Origin: an uncultured Acidobacteriota bacterium
GTDB taxonomy: Bacteria > Acidobacteriota > Vicinamibacteria > Vicinamibacterales > CAVVIG01
Direction: 5' to 3'
NCBI GenBank assembly: GCA_963794705.1
Contig: CAWCFI010000008.1
Span: 8,479-72,478 of the forward strand
Length of the DNA: 64,000 nucleotides
Part shown: one piece after another, positions 11,049 through 22,507 of the stretch
Layout of the letters: each line of letters starts with the position of its first letter
Numbering within the stretch: the first letter of the stretch is position 1
Translations under genes and position numbers: made by a program
The notes under the pieces: generated by a model
What the model was told of the DNA's origin: nothing
Seen by the model: only the letters and a program-made list of their open reading frames with translations
Database searches by the model: none

Positions 11049-11840
11049 TTACTTGATCAGGAGGCCCTGCCCGGTCGGCAGCGCCAGCACCGTTCGACCG
11101 TACCGCCGGGCGAACTCGTCGAACGCCTGCCGCTGGGCCTCGTGTCCGCTCCAGCCGTAGTCATCGATCAGCACGATCCCGCCGGGGACCAGCCGGGGCC
11201 AGAAGAACTCGACCGCCGCCCGTTCGGGCGCCGCGACGTTCATGTCGATCGACACGAAGCAGACGCGATCGGTCTGAACCTGCGAGAGCGTCTCGGGAAT
11301 ACGGCCGCGCACCAAGCGGGCGTTCGGCTGATTCTTGAACACTTCCGAGACCTCGGCCCAGGAGTCAGGGTAGGTATGCCGGTGCAGGACCTCGGCATCG
11401 ACCTGATCGGTCGGGATACCCTCGAAGGTATCGAGCAGCCAGTAGCGCCGATCGGTCATCGTCGAGAATCCGATGTAGTGCATCACCGTGCGGGACAGCC
11501 CTCCGCGGTAGACGCCGCACTCCGCGAAATCGCCGCCGAGATGCGCGACCTGGTTGGCGGCCCAGCAGGCGATGTACATGCGCCATTCGGGATCGGCATG
11601 GCCCCAGGAGCCGTCCCACGCGGCGGCCTTCATGCTCTCGGCATACGCCGCGACGAACGCCTGGTCCTCCCGGAACAGTGTCCGATGAATCGTCGCCATC
11701 CCGTCCTTGTGAAAACTGAACGGCGGTCCGAAGTAGGCGTAGCGCTCCGGCTGCCGCACCAGACGCAGCATGTTGCGTATGGACGGCGGGAGAACGCGGC
11801 GACCGACGCCCCGAACCACGGATCCGACATCAAAGGCCAT
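11049..11840 (-). CDS. TylF/MycF/NovP family O-methyltransferase
   Basis: GDFAECGVYRGG, LLDTFEG, IDMN and GGIVLIDDYG. Confidence 0.88.
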   Translation of the reverse strand: MAFDVGSVVRGVGRRVLPPSIRNMLRLVRQPERYAYFGPPFSFHKDGMATIHRTLFREDQAFVAAYAESMKAAAWDGSWGHADPEWRMYIACWAANQVAHLGGDFAECGVYRGGLSRTVMHYIGFSTMTDRRYWLLDTFEGIPTDQVDAEVLHRHTYPDSWAEVSEVFKNQPNARLVRGRIPETLSQVQTDRVCFVSIDMNVAAPERAAVEFFWPRLVPGGIVLIDDYGWSGHEAQRQAFDEFARRYGRTVLALPTGQGLLIK

Positions 11841-13002
11841 GCTGAGACTCCTGCCGAAGGACGATTGAATACTCGCGGATCATCGCGTGGGCGATCGCGT
11901 CCCAGCCGTATTCCGCCCGGGCCAGGCTCGCGCCACGGGCGCCCATCTCGGATCGGCCGATCGGATCGTCGGCGAGCGTGCGCAGTGCCGCCGCGATCGC
12001 CGACGCGGTCTGATCAACCCAGAAGCCACAGCGTTGCGTCTCGAGGCTGCTCCACGGGCAGGTGCGGGTGGCGACGACCGGCACCCCGGCTGCCAGCGAC
12101 TCCACCACCGACAGCCCGAAGCTTTCCGAGTCGGAACACTGGACCATCACGTCCGCGTCATGCAGCAGCGCCCACTTGTCGCCGTCGTGAACTGCGCCGA
12201 TGGTACGGAGGTGATCGGCGTGGGCTGACAGACGCCGCCGCACATCGGGCAACAGCTCGTGCTCGTCCGGGCCGGCGAGCACGAGATGCGCGCGCGGATG
12301 AGTCGCGCGCAGTTCGGCGAAGGCGTCGGCCAGCAGATCGATCCGCTTGATGCGGTGCATGCGGCCGAGGAACAGCACCACGAACGCGTCCGCGGAAATG
12401 CCGAGGTGCGCGCGGTAGCCGCGTGCCGCCGCGTCGGCCCGACAGAGATCGACGCCGTTCGGTACGACGGCGATCGGGCGTTCGAGTCCCAGTGCGCGGA
12501 TTGCCGCGGCTTCCTGTTCGGAGGTCGCGTGCAGCAGCGCGGCGCCGGACAGGTTCCGACGTTCCATCAGCGCGAACGCGACGGCTTTGCGCCATCGTCC
12601 GATCCGGGCCGCCTGCGGCTGCAGCATGCCCCGTGGCGAGATCAGGTACGGCACCTTCGACGCCCGCGCCAGGTGCGACGCCCACCACTCGGGAACGTTC
12701 CAGATACCGTGGATGTGACAGAGATCCGCCCGCGACAGCGCCTCGGCGAGCGGCTCGCGCACGCGCGCGCCGAAGAAACGCCGCGGCCACGAACGCTCGG
12801 CATAGTGCACCGGCACGCCCTGGTAGACATCGCCGCCAGGCGACGACGGCGGCAGGCTGTCGCGCCCGTTCGCGGTCGTCGTCACCACCTCGACGTCGAC
12901 ACCCGCCCGCTGTAGTCCCTGACACAGGCCGAGCACCGACGCGGGGGGTCCACCGTACGGAAGCGCCGGTGGAAAATAGGCCGTGACCTGCAGCACCCTC
13001 AA
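11830..13002 (-). CDS. Glycosyltransferase family 4
   Basis: YFPPALPYGGP, ISPRGML, FLGRMHRIK and ESFGLSVVES. Confidence 0.9.
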   Translation of the reverse strand: MRVLQVTAYFPPALPYGGPPASVLGLCQGLQRAGVDVEVVTTTANGRDSLPPSSPGGDVYQGVPVHYAERSWPRRFFGARVREPLAEALSRADLCHIHGIWNVPEWWASHLARASKVPYLISPRGMLQPQAARIGRWRKAVAFALMERRNLSGAALLHATSEQEAAAIRALGLERPIAVVPNGVDLCRADAAARGYRAHLGISADAFVVLFLGRMHRIKRIDLLADAFAELRATHPRAHLVLAGPDEHELLPDVRRRLSAHADHLRTIGAVHDGDKWALLHDADVMVQCSDSESFGLSVVESLAAGVPVVATRTCPWSSLETQRCGFWVDQTASAIAAALRTLADDPIGRSEMGARGASLARAEYGWDAIAHAMIREYSIVLRQESQHGL

Positions 13003-13006
13003 GGCA

Positions 13007-14446
13007 TCAGGCCCGATGGTGCTCGGCCGCCGTGACCATGAGTTGCCGTTCCGCCTCTGGCAGCGCGGCCTGATAGCGGATCAGCAGGAAGCGATCGAGC
13101 AGCACGATCGGCCCGCCCAGGTAGACCATGAAACCGATGGTCACGCCGAGCATCGTCGCCCAGGAGCGCTCGAAGAGGTACAGCGACACCCAGAACGAGA
13201 CCGTCGCGAACGAGACGAACAGATCGCGGTGCCAGATCACCGAGCGGAAAAGGGCGTAGAAGAACCCGACCAGCACGCCGTAGCCGAACACCGGCAGGAA
13301 CATCCAGGGCAGGCCGAAGTCGATGTACGCCTCGGCGGAATAGCCGAACGCGATGCTGGTGTTGACCTCCCTGCCGGCGACCTGGACACCGGCGTACTTC
13401 CGCACCTCGTCGCTGTCCGATGGCAGCTGCCCCTTCTCCGGGAAGAAGACTCGCGGAGTGACGATGTGCGTCAGAGCCGCCAGGAGAATCGCCCCATCGG
13501 TGTGCGGGTGGACCGACGGCACGCGATGCAGCGCCAGCGCCGGATAGTAGATTGGCCACATCCGATCGACGAGTTGATCGGTGGTGTGCAACAGGCCTTC
13601 CGAGCCCGTCTTCATGAAGGATGAGGTCAGATCCTCGACGCGGCCGACACGCGCGCCGCGGTCGGCCTGGAACTGATCGACCTGAACGTACTCCCGGCGG
13701 TAGTCGCTGCGGATGCCCATCCACAGCACGCCGAGCAGGCAGATCGCCACCGTCGCCACTCCCAGCGCGAACCAATGCCTGACGTTTCTTCGATCGAAGA
13801 CTTCGAGCATCGCCAGCACCGCCAGCACGATCGGCTCGCGGAAACCGGCGAAGAAACCGGTGATGCCAAGCACGACTTCAACCGTGACTACAGCTCCCAC
13901 GATCCCGAACTTCGGCGGCGGCGCGCAGAGCCGGCGCAGGATCAGGAACAGCACGCCCAGGCGCGCAGAATCGAAGGTGGTGATCATCTGCCGGATCGAT
14001 GGGTAGTCGGGAGCGATCGTCGTGAGCGTGCCTTCGAGAAACACCGTGGCGATGTAGATGGTTACCAGCAAGCCGAGCGATACCGCGAAACCGGGCCGCG
14101 GCATGGACGGATCCGGCGGTTTCTTCAGCATCAGGCCAACGCGGATGCCGATCGACATCGCCAGCACGCATCCCAGCGCGATCATCACCATCGGCCGGTA
14201 GTCGCTGTCATACACGGCTTGCACTTCGCGGCCGGTCAACCGCAGATAGAACAGGCCGAGCGTCCCCTCCATCCAATGAAACGCGACGGCGATCGGCAGC
14301 ACGAACAGGCCGTCGCTGGTCGAGACCAGTCGAATACTGACCATCAGCACGACGACCGCCGCAGCGGTCAGCGGGTCGCCGGTGATGACGCCTGCCGCCA
14401 TCCCCGCGGCGCCGAGCGCGATCAGGTCCAGATCAGTAATCCGCAT
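13007..14446 (-). CDS. Multi-pass membrane protein, putative Wzy-like polymerase
   Basis: About 10-11 hydrophobic segments and a large loop with PRVFFPEK...AEAYIDFG. It sits among glycosyltransferase genes. Confidence 0.6.
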   Translation of the reverse strand: MRITDLDLIALGAAGMAAGVITGDPLTAAAVVVLMVSIRLVSTSDGLFVLPIAVAFHWMEGTLGLFYLRLTGREVQAVYDSDYRPMVMIALGCVLAMSIGIRVGLMLKKPPDPSMPRPGFAVSLGLLVTIYIATVFLEGTLTTIAPDYPSIRQMITTFDSARLGVLFLILRRLCAPPPKFGIVGAVVTVEVVLGITGFFAGFREPIVLAVLAMLEVFDRRNVRHWFALGVATVAICLLGVLWMGIRSDYRREYVQVDQFQADRGARVGRVEDLTSSFMKTGSEGLLHTTDQLVDRMWPIYYPALALHRVPSVHPHTDGAILLAALTHIVTPRVFFPEKGQLPSDSDEVRKYAGVQVAGREVNTSIAFGYSAEAYIDFGLPWMFLPVFGYGVLVGFFYALFRSVIWHRDLFVSFATVSFWVSLYLFERSWATMLGVTIGFMVYLGGPIVLLDRFLLIRYQAALPEAERQLMVTAAEHHRA

Positions 14447-14449
14447 GGT

Positions 14450-16844
14450 TCAACTCGTTCCCCGCTCGGCAAACACCGCCTGCCACGCTGCAGTGAACCG
14501 TTCCGCGCTATATCGTTCGGTCGATTGAAGCGCGGCGTTTCCGGCGCGGGCGAGCTCATGCGGGCAGCGCAGAAAGTCCTGCAGCCCCTCCGCTACCGCT
14601 TCCGCCGTTGCCTCCGCACAGACCCACCCGTCGACGCGGTGCGTGACGAGTTCCGGCAGATCGCCGCTCGGGGTAACCACCGACGGCAGGCCCGAGACCT
14701 TGGCCTCCAGGACCACGTTGCCGAACGCCTCGCGCTGCTCCGGCCGGCTTGGGCAGCAGTGCAGGCTCGCGCGGCTCATCAGCTGCGGCACTTCTTCGCT
14801 CCACCCCAGAAACGAGACGGCGCCCTCCAGATCGGCGCTGCGGGCGCGCTCCCTGAGCGACGCCCGATGGCCGCGGACCGCCGGCGCCTCCCATCCGTCC
14901 ATGTCGCCGACGACGTCGAGCGTGGCATCGATGCCTTCGGCGCGCAGGATGGCAATCGCGTCCAGCAGCAGCGCGAGTCCCTTCTCCGGAATGATCTGAC
15001 CGACGAAGATCACCCGGCCGGGTATGCGCTCGGCGTGGGGATTCCACGCGCCGCGCCTGCGCCCGGGCATGTTCGAAATGACGGTCGTCTTCTCCTGGCC
15101 GATGCCGTGCGCCAGCAGCTCCCGGCGCGTGTAGTCGGAATTGGCCACGAAGTGGTCGACCAATGGATTGATCGCGTGCCGCCAGAGCAGGCGGTAGAAG
15201 CGACCTGGTGCGGGCGCGTTCCCGAGCCGCATGATGGTGCGCACGCCACGCGCACGCAGCCAGATCAGCGCCGGCGCATTGCGGAGCGCCGTCAGGAAGT
15301 CCGGCATGAAGACGTGGGTCGGCCGGACCCGCCATGAGACGCGGAGCAGATTGCCGCTGACCCGCAGCACCTCGATCACCATCCGTAAAATGACCAGCGG
15401 GGTCAGCTGGCGCCGCGTCAACGAGTAGTAGTACGGCCCAACCGACCAACTCGCGCCGACATCCTCCGCGAGCGGGGTTATCCGAAAGTTCTCCCAGCCG
15501 TTGACGATCGCATGCGCCTCTGCGCCGTCGCTACGGGCGGCGCGCAGCGCCTCGAACGTCATGCGCTCGAGCCCGCCGGCGATGACCATCTGCCCGCAGC
15601 AGGCGATGATGCGCTGCGGCGCGTCGCGCCAGCACGGCTCCTGCCCGACCGACGACGCGAGCACCGATCGGCTGGCGCGCACCACGCCCTCCGTCATGGC
15701 GTCGTAGCTGTACTTGCCAACGAACGCCCGGCACGCGGGACCCCAGTCATGCGACAGCGCCTTACGATGGCGCACGCGCGCCAGCGACATCGCCAGCGCC
15801 TCGATGTCGTCGAGCGGGTAGACGTAGCCCGTTTCGCCGTCGCGGATCAGATCGGGCGCGCAGCCGACCGCATTGCTGACCACGCACGGCAGGCCGGTCG
15901 CGAGCGCTTCGTTGACCACCAGGCCCCAGGTTTCGGGGAAATCGCTCGGCAGCGTCAGGCAGTCGGCGAGCCCGTATGGTTCGCCAAGCTCGCTCTGGTT
16001 GCGGAAGCCGACCATCTTGATTGCGACGTTGAGCCGCGCCGCCTCGTCCCGCACCGCGGACTCGAGCGGCCCGGATCCGACAACGATCAGCGTCGCGCCA
16101 GGCGCCAGCCGCGCCATCGCGCGGACCACGTTGAGGGGACGCTTCGATGTGGTCAGCTTGCCGACAAACAACACCACGAACCCGTCCGGATCGATTCCCC
16201 AGCGGAGCCGCGCCGCGGCGCGCACGTCGGGCTGGCGGTATGGCGCGGAGGCGGCCGCGAACATCTGGTTGTCCACCGCGTGCGGGACGTGAAAGATGCG
16301 CCGCTCGGGCACTCCGTACCATTTCAGGTAGTCGCGGACCCGCACGCCGGGCGAGAGAAAACCGTCGAACTGCCGCAACAGGATGCGCGTCTTCAGCGTC
16401 CAGATCGGCCGCTTCCAGCCGCGCGGGCCGCTGAGCAGGTGCGAGTCGCCACGATAGAGCGTCGGCACACCCATCCGCCGGCACGCGAACAACGCGCGGA
16501 CCAGCGTGACGGAGTACCAGCCGGTGATCAGCACCACGTCGGGTGCGGTCTCGGCCAGCACCCGGGTAATCTCGGGGACGTCCAGGCCGGTGAACGCGCC
16601 GCTGTCGACGCGATCGTCCGGCTGGGCCGCCCGCACCGTGATCGAGCGATAACCCTCGGTCAACGGGATGTCCCACGTGAAGGCCCGATCGAAGCCGACG
16701 CCTTGCTGCTCCGGAGTCGGCTGAATCGCGTGGATCACGGTCAGTTCGATCCCCGGCGCATGCGCATGAAGGTGGCGAAACCACGGTGCGTAGTCACTGA
16801 ATCGGATGGGTCAGGACCGCCGTCAGGCGGATGGGCCTGCTCAT
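14450..16844 (-). CDS. Two-domain GT4-GT4 fusion glycosyltransferase (1-bp insertion near 16797)
   Basis: ATG at 16844 overlaps the upstream stop. The sequence reads MSRPIRLTAVLTHPIQ/YAPWFR across an indel. There are two EX7E motifs: ETWGLVVNE and EAFGNVVLE. Confidence 0.85.
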
Positions 16845-18154
16845 CGCGCCACCCGATCGAATACCGAGGCCAACTGGCGCGCGAGTTGGCGCGCCGATAC
16901 GTCGTCGACGCGATCGAGCGCGACGTCAGCCGGCCGATACGCCGACGAGGCGGCCAGCGCGCGGAGATGACAGGCGACGGCGTGCACGTGCGTCTCGTCG
17001 GGCGGACCATCGGCGTAGGTGACCACGCGCACCGTCGGCTCGGATGCCGCGTCGCGCAGGATCGAGACGACGCTGCTCTGCTGGTGAAACAGCGCCAGGA
17101 TCGGCCGCTTCGCGAGCAGCGCCGGATAGAGCTTGCTGGCGGTGTAGTGCCGTTCGGAACTGCCGAGGAGAACGATTCCTGAAGCGTGCGTCAGCACGGT
17201 CAGCGCGTCGAGATAGTCGAGGCGCGAGGGCTGTTCGGTCACGACGTCGGCGACGCCGCAGTCGCGGGCGATCGACATTACCCGACACACGGCCGACTCC
17301 GACTGGTTGCTGGTGCCGAAAAAATGCAATCGCAGCCGCGCCGCCGCGGCGTCGTCGCGCTGCGCGCGCTCGAGCGCGCGCAGCAGCAGCCGCAGCGTCT
17401 CGACGCCGGTCGGCAGGAGCGTGCCTACGTAGCAGAGGTGCACGTTGCCGTCTGCCGGATCGAAGTGCGCGTGCGGTGATTGACGATTCCCGAGCGATGC
17501 GAAGTCGGCGGGTTCGAATCCCAGCGGGATGACGCCGTGCGGCACGCGCGCCGCGGCCGGGATCCGCTCGACGATTCCGTCGATCGTGCCCTGCGACACC
17601 GCCACGATCGCGTCGGCGGCGCTGACGGCCTTTGGTTCGAGCCTGGTGCCGAGCCAGCGCGATGCCCGGCTCTTCCAGTCCGGGGCGCCACCCGGTCCGC
17701 CGCCAACCGACAGCCCCCATGCGCCCACCCAGGGATCCTGATAGTCGAGCACGAACGGCACCCGGAACTCGGCCTTCAGGCCAGCGCCGAAGAGCGCGGG
17801 ATACACCGGGTAGACCGTGATGTACACGGCATCGAACGACTCGCGGCGCAGCAACGTCCGGCATGTCTGCCTGAGACCGGTAAAGCCGCGAATCCCGAGA
17901 TCGCCAAGACCTACTGTTCTGGTCGTGGCGGCCTTCCACGCCGGGGCGCGGACCACGCGCAGCGAACGCGGAACGAGCGCTGCCAGACCAGGGTCGAGCC
18001 TTCCTTCATACGCCGAAGGCTCGAGCGTGACGACCGTCGGCGACCAGCCCGCCTCTTCGAGATGCGGCGCCAGCAGCCGAACGCGATGGGACGCCGCGCT
18101 CGAGTCCGGCGGAAAGTGAGGGCTCACCATCAGCACGCGCCGGGAGGCGGTCAT
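16841..18154 (-). CDS. GT-B fold glycosyltransferase (GT4-like)
   Basis: MTASRRVLMVSPHFPP, DYQDPW, YVGT and SKLYPAL. The ATG overlaps the upstream stop (ATGA). Confidence 0.8.
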   Translation of the reverse strand: MTASRRVLMVSPHFPPDSSAASHRVRLLAPHLEEAGWSPTVVTLEPSAYEGRLDPGLAALVPRSLRVVRAPAWKAATTRTVGLGDLGIRGFTGLRQTCRTLLRRESFDAVYITVYPVYPALFGAGLKAEFRVPFVLDYQDPWVGAWGLSVGGGPGGAPDWKSRASRWLGTRLEPKAVSAADAIVAVSQGTIDGIVERIPAAARVPHGVIPLGFEPADFASLGNRQSPHAHFDPADGNVHLCYVGTLLPTGVETLRLLLRALERAQRDDAAAARLRLHFFGTSNQSESAVCRVMSIARDCGVADVVTEQPSRLDYLDALTVLTHASGIVLLGSSERHYTASKLYPALLAKRPILALFHQQSSVVSILRDAASEPTVRVVTYADGPPDETHVHAVACHLRALAASSAYRPADVALDRVDDVSARQLARQLASVFDRVAR

Positions 18155-18876
18155 CGGCTCTTCACCGCTTCCACGTAGAGCGAGTACGGCGCGTGATGAG
18201 GCCGATCCTGCGCGAGCACCGGCAGCGCCGAACGGCCATACGCCGCGCGCACGATCTCGGTGAAGCCGGCCGCCCGCAACCGGTGCGTCAGCGTCTCGAA
18301 ATCGTAGGCCCAGCGGTGCTCGTGCCACGAATGAAAGACGTGATTGATGACGTCCATCCGCGTCGGCAGATCGTCGGGAAATGGAATCGGGACCGCCATC
18401 TCGCGCAGCGCGTCCAGACCGGGCTGGCAGTACGCACGCAGATACCGCTCGGCGTCCGGCACGATCACCCGAAGCACGCCGCCTGGCTCGAGCGCGCGGC
18501 GGCAGTCGCGCAGAAAGGCCGGCAGGTGCTCGCGCGGCTCGATATGCTCGAGGAAATGTTCGACGCGGATGCCGGCGGCTCCTTCGTCGCCGATCGGCAC
18601 GCTGGTCCGGCAGTCCCATCGCACGCGTGGCGGCGGGCCGATCAGCTCGATATTGACGAAGCCGTCGAGGATCTGCGGTCCGCACGCGACGTTGACCAGC
18701 GCGTGCCGCGCGCCGCGAAGCTCGCGCAGGCGCGCGCGCCGGCCGGGCAGGACCGCATTCTGCGCGCGCACGATCCAGGCGTTGGCCTCGAAGCGAAGCT
18801 GGTCGAAGAGAAAACGGGTAATCGGTAGACGGCCAAACAACGCCCGGCCAACGCGCTGCTTGAGGGTGAGGCTCAC
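18151..18876 (-). CDS. Class I SAM-dependent methyltransferase
   Basis: VNVACG, EHFLEHI, RALEPGGVLRVIVPD and SLYVEAVK. Confidence 0.8.
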   Translation of the reverse strand: MSLTLKQRVGRALFGRLPITRFLFDQLRFEANAWIVRAQNAVLPGRRARLRELRGARHALVNVACGPQILDGFVNIELIGPPPRVRWDCRTSVPIGDEGAAGIRVEHFLEHIEPREHLPAFLRDCRRALEPGGVLRVIVPDAERYLRAYCQPGLDALREMAVPIPFPDDLPTRMDVINHVFHSWHEHRWAYDFETLTHRLRAAGFTEIVRAAYGRSALPVLAQDRPHHAPYSLYVEAVKSR

Positions 18877-19934
18877 GACCCGCTCCCGGCGAGCCTGGGC
18901 GACGCCAGGAGACGCTCATACAGCTGCTCGTAGTCGACGGCGATGGCGGTGTCCGAAAAGCGGCGTTCAGCCTCGGCCCGCACGGTGTGGCGATCGAGCT
19001 CCGGCAGCCTCGCGACCAGCGCGGTCATCTCCTCCACGGTGTCGCACAGAAACCCGGTGCGGCCGTGATCGATGCCCTCGGGCACCCCGCCGCGCCGGAA
19101 CGCGATCAGCGGCGTGCCGCACAGCATCGCCTCCGGCAGCACCACCGGGAACGGCTCTTCCCATTCGATCGGCATCAGCATCGCCGCCGCGCCGCCGAGC
19201 AGCGCCTGTTTCGCCGCGTCGCCGACCGGACCGATGTAGGTCACCCGCTCGCCGTCAATCCGCGACTTGATCTCGTCGTCGAAGTAGGCCTGCTCGTGCG
19301 CGAGCGGCGAGATGTTGCCGGCGATGATCAGCCGGCGCTGCAGGCGCTCCGCCACGGTGATCGCGTGGTGGACGCCCTTGATGCGATCGAGCCGGCCCAG
19401 GAACACGAGCGGCGCGGTGCGCGGGTCGGTCGCTCCGGAGAACTGATAGCGCGCCGGGACCGCGCAGTTGTAGATCACCGACCAGTCGCCGCCGCCGGGA
19501 CGGCCGGTGTCGGCGATCGCGGCGCTGACCGCGGTGTAGTGCATGCGGCGCGCGCCGAGGCGCCGCGCGGTCGCCATGTTGGCCGGGTCGACCGTTCGCA
19601 TGTAGGTCTGGACCTTGGCGACGTCGCGCGCGAACATCGGCGTCAGATAGGCGAGGCGGCCGAAGTTGTGGATGATGTCGAAGCGCCGCGGCCGGCGCAG
19701 AAAACGGCCAGCCAGCGTCAGCGAGTTGCGGACGTTGCTCCAGCGTGTCCACTCCCCTTCGCGCCCGAATGCCTCGATCTTGCCGTCGACGCGTGAGCCG
19801 GGCGCCGCCCAGAGGGTGACCTCGTGACCGCGCTGCGCCAGCCGGTCCGCGACGTCGGCGACCACGCGCTCGATGCCGCCATAGTGATCGGGCGGCACCT
19901 TGATGAACGGATCCATCAGCAGGAGCACCTTCAT
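18873..19934 (-). CDS. Glycosyltransferase family 4
   Basis: MKVLLL...VPPDHYGGIERVV, FLGRLDRIKG and EEPFPVVLPEAMLCGTP. Confidence 0.9.
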   Translation of the reverse strand: MKVLLLMDPFIKVPPDHYGGIERVVADVADRLAQRGHEVTLWAAPGSRVDGKIEAFGREGEWTRWSNVRNSLTLAGRFLRRPRRFDIIHNFGRLAYLTPMFARDVAKVQTYMRTVDPANMATARRLGARRMHYTAVSAAIADTGRPGGGDWSVIYNCAVPARYQFSGATDPRTAPLVFLGRLDRIKGVHHAITVAERLQRRLIIAGNISPLAHEQAYFDDEIKSRIDGERVTYIGPVGDAAKQALLGGAAAMLMPIEWEEPFPVVLPEAMLCGTPLIAFRRGGVPEGIDHGRTGFLCDTVEEMTALVARLPELDRHTVRAEAERRFSDTAIAVDYEQLYERLLASPRLAGSGS

Positions 19935-21184
19935 GCCACTGCCTCGCGGACCAGCGCGAGCAGCGCGCCGCGCTCCGCCTCGTGCTCCCAGTGCCAGCGG
20001 CGCGCCGCCGCCTGCCACGCGGTCCGCTTGGCGCAATCGAGCGCCGACGGGTGATCGGCCCAATGCGCGAAGGCCCCGGCCAGCGCGTCGAGATCGCCGG
20101 CCGGCACGAGCGCGGCGGCGCGACCGAGATCGACGCCAAGTGCGTGCTGACCCGGCGTGTCGGTGATCGCGACCGCCATCCCGACGAGCACGTAGGTGAA
20201 GGCCTTGTTCGTCAGGCACAGCTGGCGGTTGCGGGGGGTCATCTGCTCGAGCGCCAGTCCGATGTCGTAGCCACGCGCACACTCGATCATGGAGTCGGGC
20301 GGCGCCGGCGCGAGGTGCACGATCTCCACGCGCGGCGCCTGCGCCGCCGCCAGCGCGGTCAGCGCCTCGAGGTAGCCCGGTTGTGGCAGGCCGCGCAACG
20401 CCAGATGCGCCGTCGCACCCGATCGGCCAAGCGCGACGATCGCATCTTCCAGTCCCCGGCCCGGGCCGATCGTCTGGCTGAACCAGTACACGCGCAGCCG
20501 ATCGGGATCGCCCCTCGACACATCGGGCGGCTGCATCGGCAGCGGGAAGGTGTTGTGGATGACCACGGCGTCGACGCCGTCGCGCGCCTTGTAGGCCGCG
20601 GCAATCGCTTCGCTGCCCGTGGTCACGAACGCAGCGCCTGGCAGCACCGCGCGCTCGATCCGGGTGGCGAGCGCATCGACCAGCGGCGCATCGGCGCCGG
20701 ACGTCTCGCCGGAGTGAAAGTCTTCGAGATCCACGCCGTACGGCGTCCTGGTCTGGCCCGCCGCCTCCGCGATCGCCGCGAGCGCGCCCGTCGTGCCGCC
20801 ATAGATGAGATCGCCAGGATCGGCGGCGATCGCCCGCACCAACTCGGAGTGGACGCGACCAAAGGCGCGAGATGCAATCGCGAGCGGCACCCTGGCGGGC
20901 CCGAACGCCGCGGCCGTCGCGCGCGCGGCACGATAACGCGCGCCGCTCCGCCAATAGGTCGCCGCACTCGCGCTGCGCCGGTAGTCGATGGTCTCCGCGG
21001 CCCACGATCGGCGCGCCGCGACGTCGCCGTCGGTCTCGGTCGCCCACGGTTGGTGGCGCGTCGCGATCACGCGCACGTCGTAGCCGTCTGCGGCAAGCGC
21101 ATCGGCGCTTTTCAGCATGCGCGGACAGGTGGACAGGTGGCCCGAGGTGACGACGGTCACGCGCGCGCGCCGCGATCCCCTCAT
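19931..21184 (-). CDS. GT-B fold glycosyltransferase
   Basis: HLSTCPRMLK, DLEDFHSGE, WFSQTIGPGRGLE and CLTNKAFTY. Confidence 0.75.
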   Translation of the reverse strand: MRGSRRARVTVVTSGHLSTCPRMLKSADALAADGYDVRVIATRHQPWATETDGDVAARRSWAAETIDYRRSASAATYWRSGARYRAARATAAAFGPARVPLAIASRAFGRVHSELVRAIAADPGDLIYGGTTGALAAIAEAAGQTRTPYGVDLEDFHSGETSGADAPLVDALATRIERAVLPGAAFVTTGSEAIAAAYKARDGVDAVVIHNTFPLPMQPPDVSRGDPDRLRVYWFSQTIGPGRGLEDAIVALGRSGATAHLALRGLPQPGYLEALTALAAAQAPRVEIVHLAPAPPDSMIECARGYDIGLALEQMTPRNRQLCLTNKAFTYVLVGMAVAITDTPGQHALGVDLGRAAALVPAGDLDALAGAFAHWADHPSALDCAKRTAWQAAARRWHWEHEAERGALLALVREAVA

Positions 21185-22507
21185 GCGGCGTACATCGTCA
21201 GGTAGTCGCGGGCGATGTCGTCCATCGTCCTGACCGGGGGCAGGGCGCGACGCCAGACATCGATGGTCGACTCCGGACGCGCGGCGGCTTCGAGCAGCGC
21301 CGCCGTCAACTCAGGAATGTTGCCCACCGCGACGAGCCGGCCGTTCACGCCATCCTCGATCACCTCGGCAAGATTGCCGACACGGGTGGCGATCACAGGC
21401 GTGCCGACCGCCATCGCCTCGAGCGCGATGGTCGGACCGTTTTCGAACCACAGCGAAGGTGACAGCAGCGCGTCGAGGTCGCTCAACACCGCGGGGATCT
21501 CTGCCGAACTGACCGCCGGCTCGAACCGGATCCGTGGATCGTCGCCGGCGAGCCGGCGCAGGTCGGCGGCGAATTCCCGTGCGCCAGCGTCAAGGACCGG
21601 CGCGCGGATGTCGAACCTGAACTGGACGTCCGCGGGAATGGCGCGAATCGCGCGCACCGTCTGCGCGAGACCTTTGGCCGGATGGAGGCGCCCGGCAAAG
21701 CCAAGGTGCACCGGGCGTCTGGTCGGCTGCGCGTCGGGGCCGGGTTTGCGGTGAATGTCGGTCTGACTGACACCCAGGCGATTGATTGTCAGCTTGTCGC
21801 TCGGCGAGCCGTCCGCCAGCAGCATGCGATACGCCGTCTCGTTGAGCACGACGCACCGCTCGAGGATGGTGAACAGCTCGCGCTGCATCGTCCCGTAGTC
21901 CACGACGAGAGCGCTCATGCCGAGGACGGTGCCGACCTTGCCCGGGACGTCGCGCAGGCGGCGGCCGACCCATGGCGGGATCGCCCCGGCCAGCCGCGAT
22001 GCGGCTGGCGTCAGCCCGACGTGGGTCAGGCTGCACGCGGCGCACTTAGGCGGCTCGACGATCCCATCGCAGGGAGCTTTGCCGCCTTCCATCAATTCAC
22101 CCGTGCGGCACATGTAGCCGAGGCTGGGGAGATGAAAGGTCGCAATCACGCGGATCCCGAGTCTGCCGCGCCGCCCGCAGCTCCGGCAGTCCGATGCCGG
22201 TCTTGATGCTGTGGACGTGGAGAATGTCCGGCCGCTCGGTGGCGAGCCACGCGATGAGGTGCTCGCTGCCGCGCATCGCGACGCGGTGGTATGCCTCGTC
22301 GCGCGTCGGCTCACTGGTGACCGGATAGCGGAACACGCGGACGCCGCCGTAGTCGTACTCGTAGGGTGCGGTGCGCGTCGGATCGGGCGCGGCGATGCGC
22401 ACCTCCCGTCCCGCATCCTGCAGCCGCCGGCATAGGCCCTCGACATAGACCTCGGTACCGCCGACGCTGTCGGGAAAGTACCAGCCGAGCGCGTGAACAA
22501 TTTTCAT
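21181..22507 (-). CDS. Glycosyltransferase family 4 (frameshift near 22170)
   Basis: The N-terminus MKIVHALGWYFPDSVGGTEVYV is in one frame. The C-terminus, with FAGRLHPAKG and ENGPTIALEAMAVG, is in another. Confidence 0.85.

Noticed and set aside
16790-16800. In-frame TGA after HPIQ as selenocysteine or readthrough
   Set aside because: The downstream sequence is in another frame. Removing one G restores the family motif HPIQYYAPWF.
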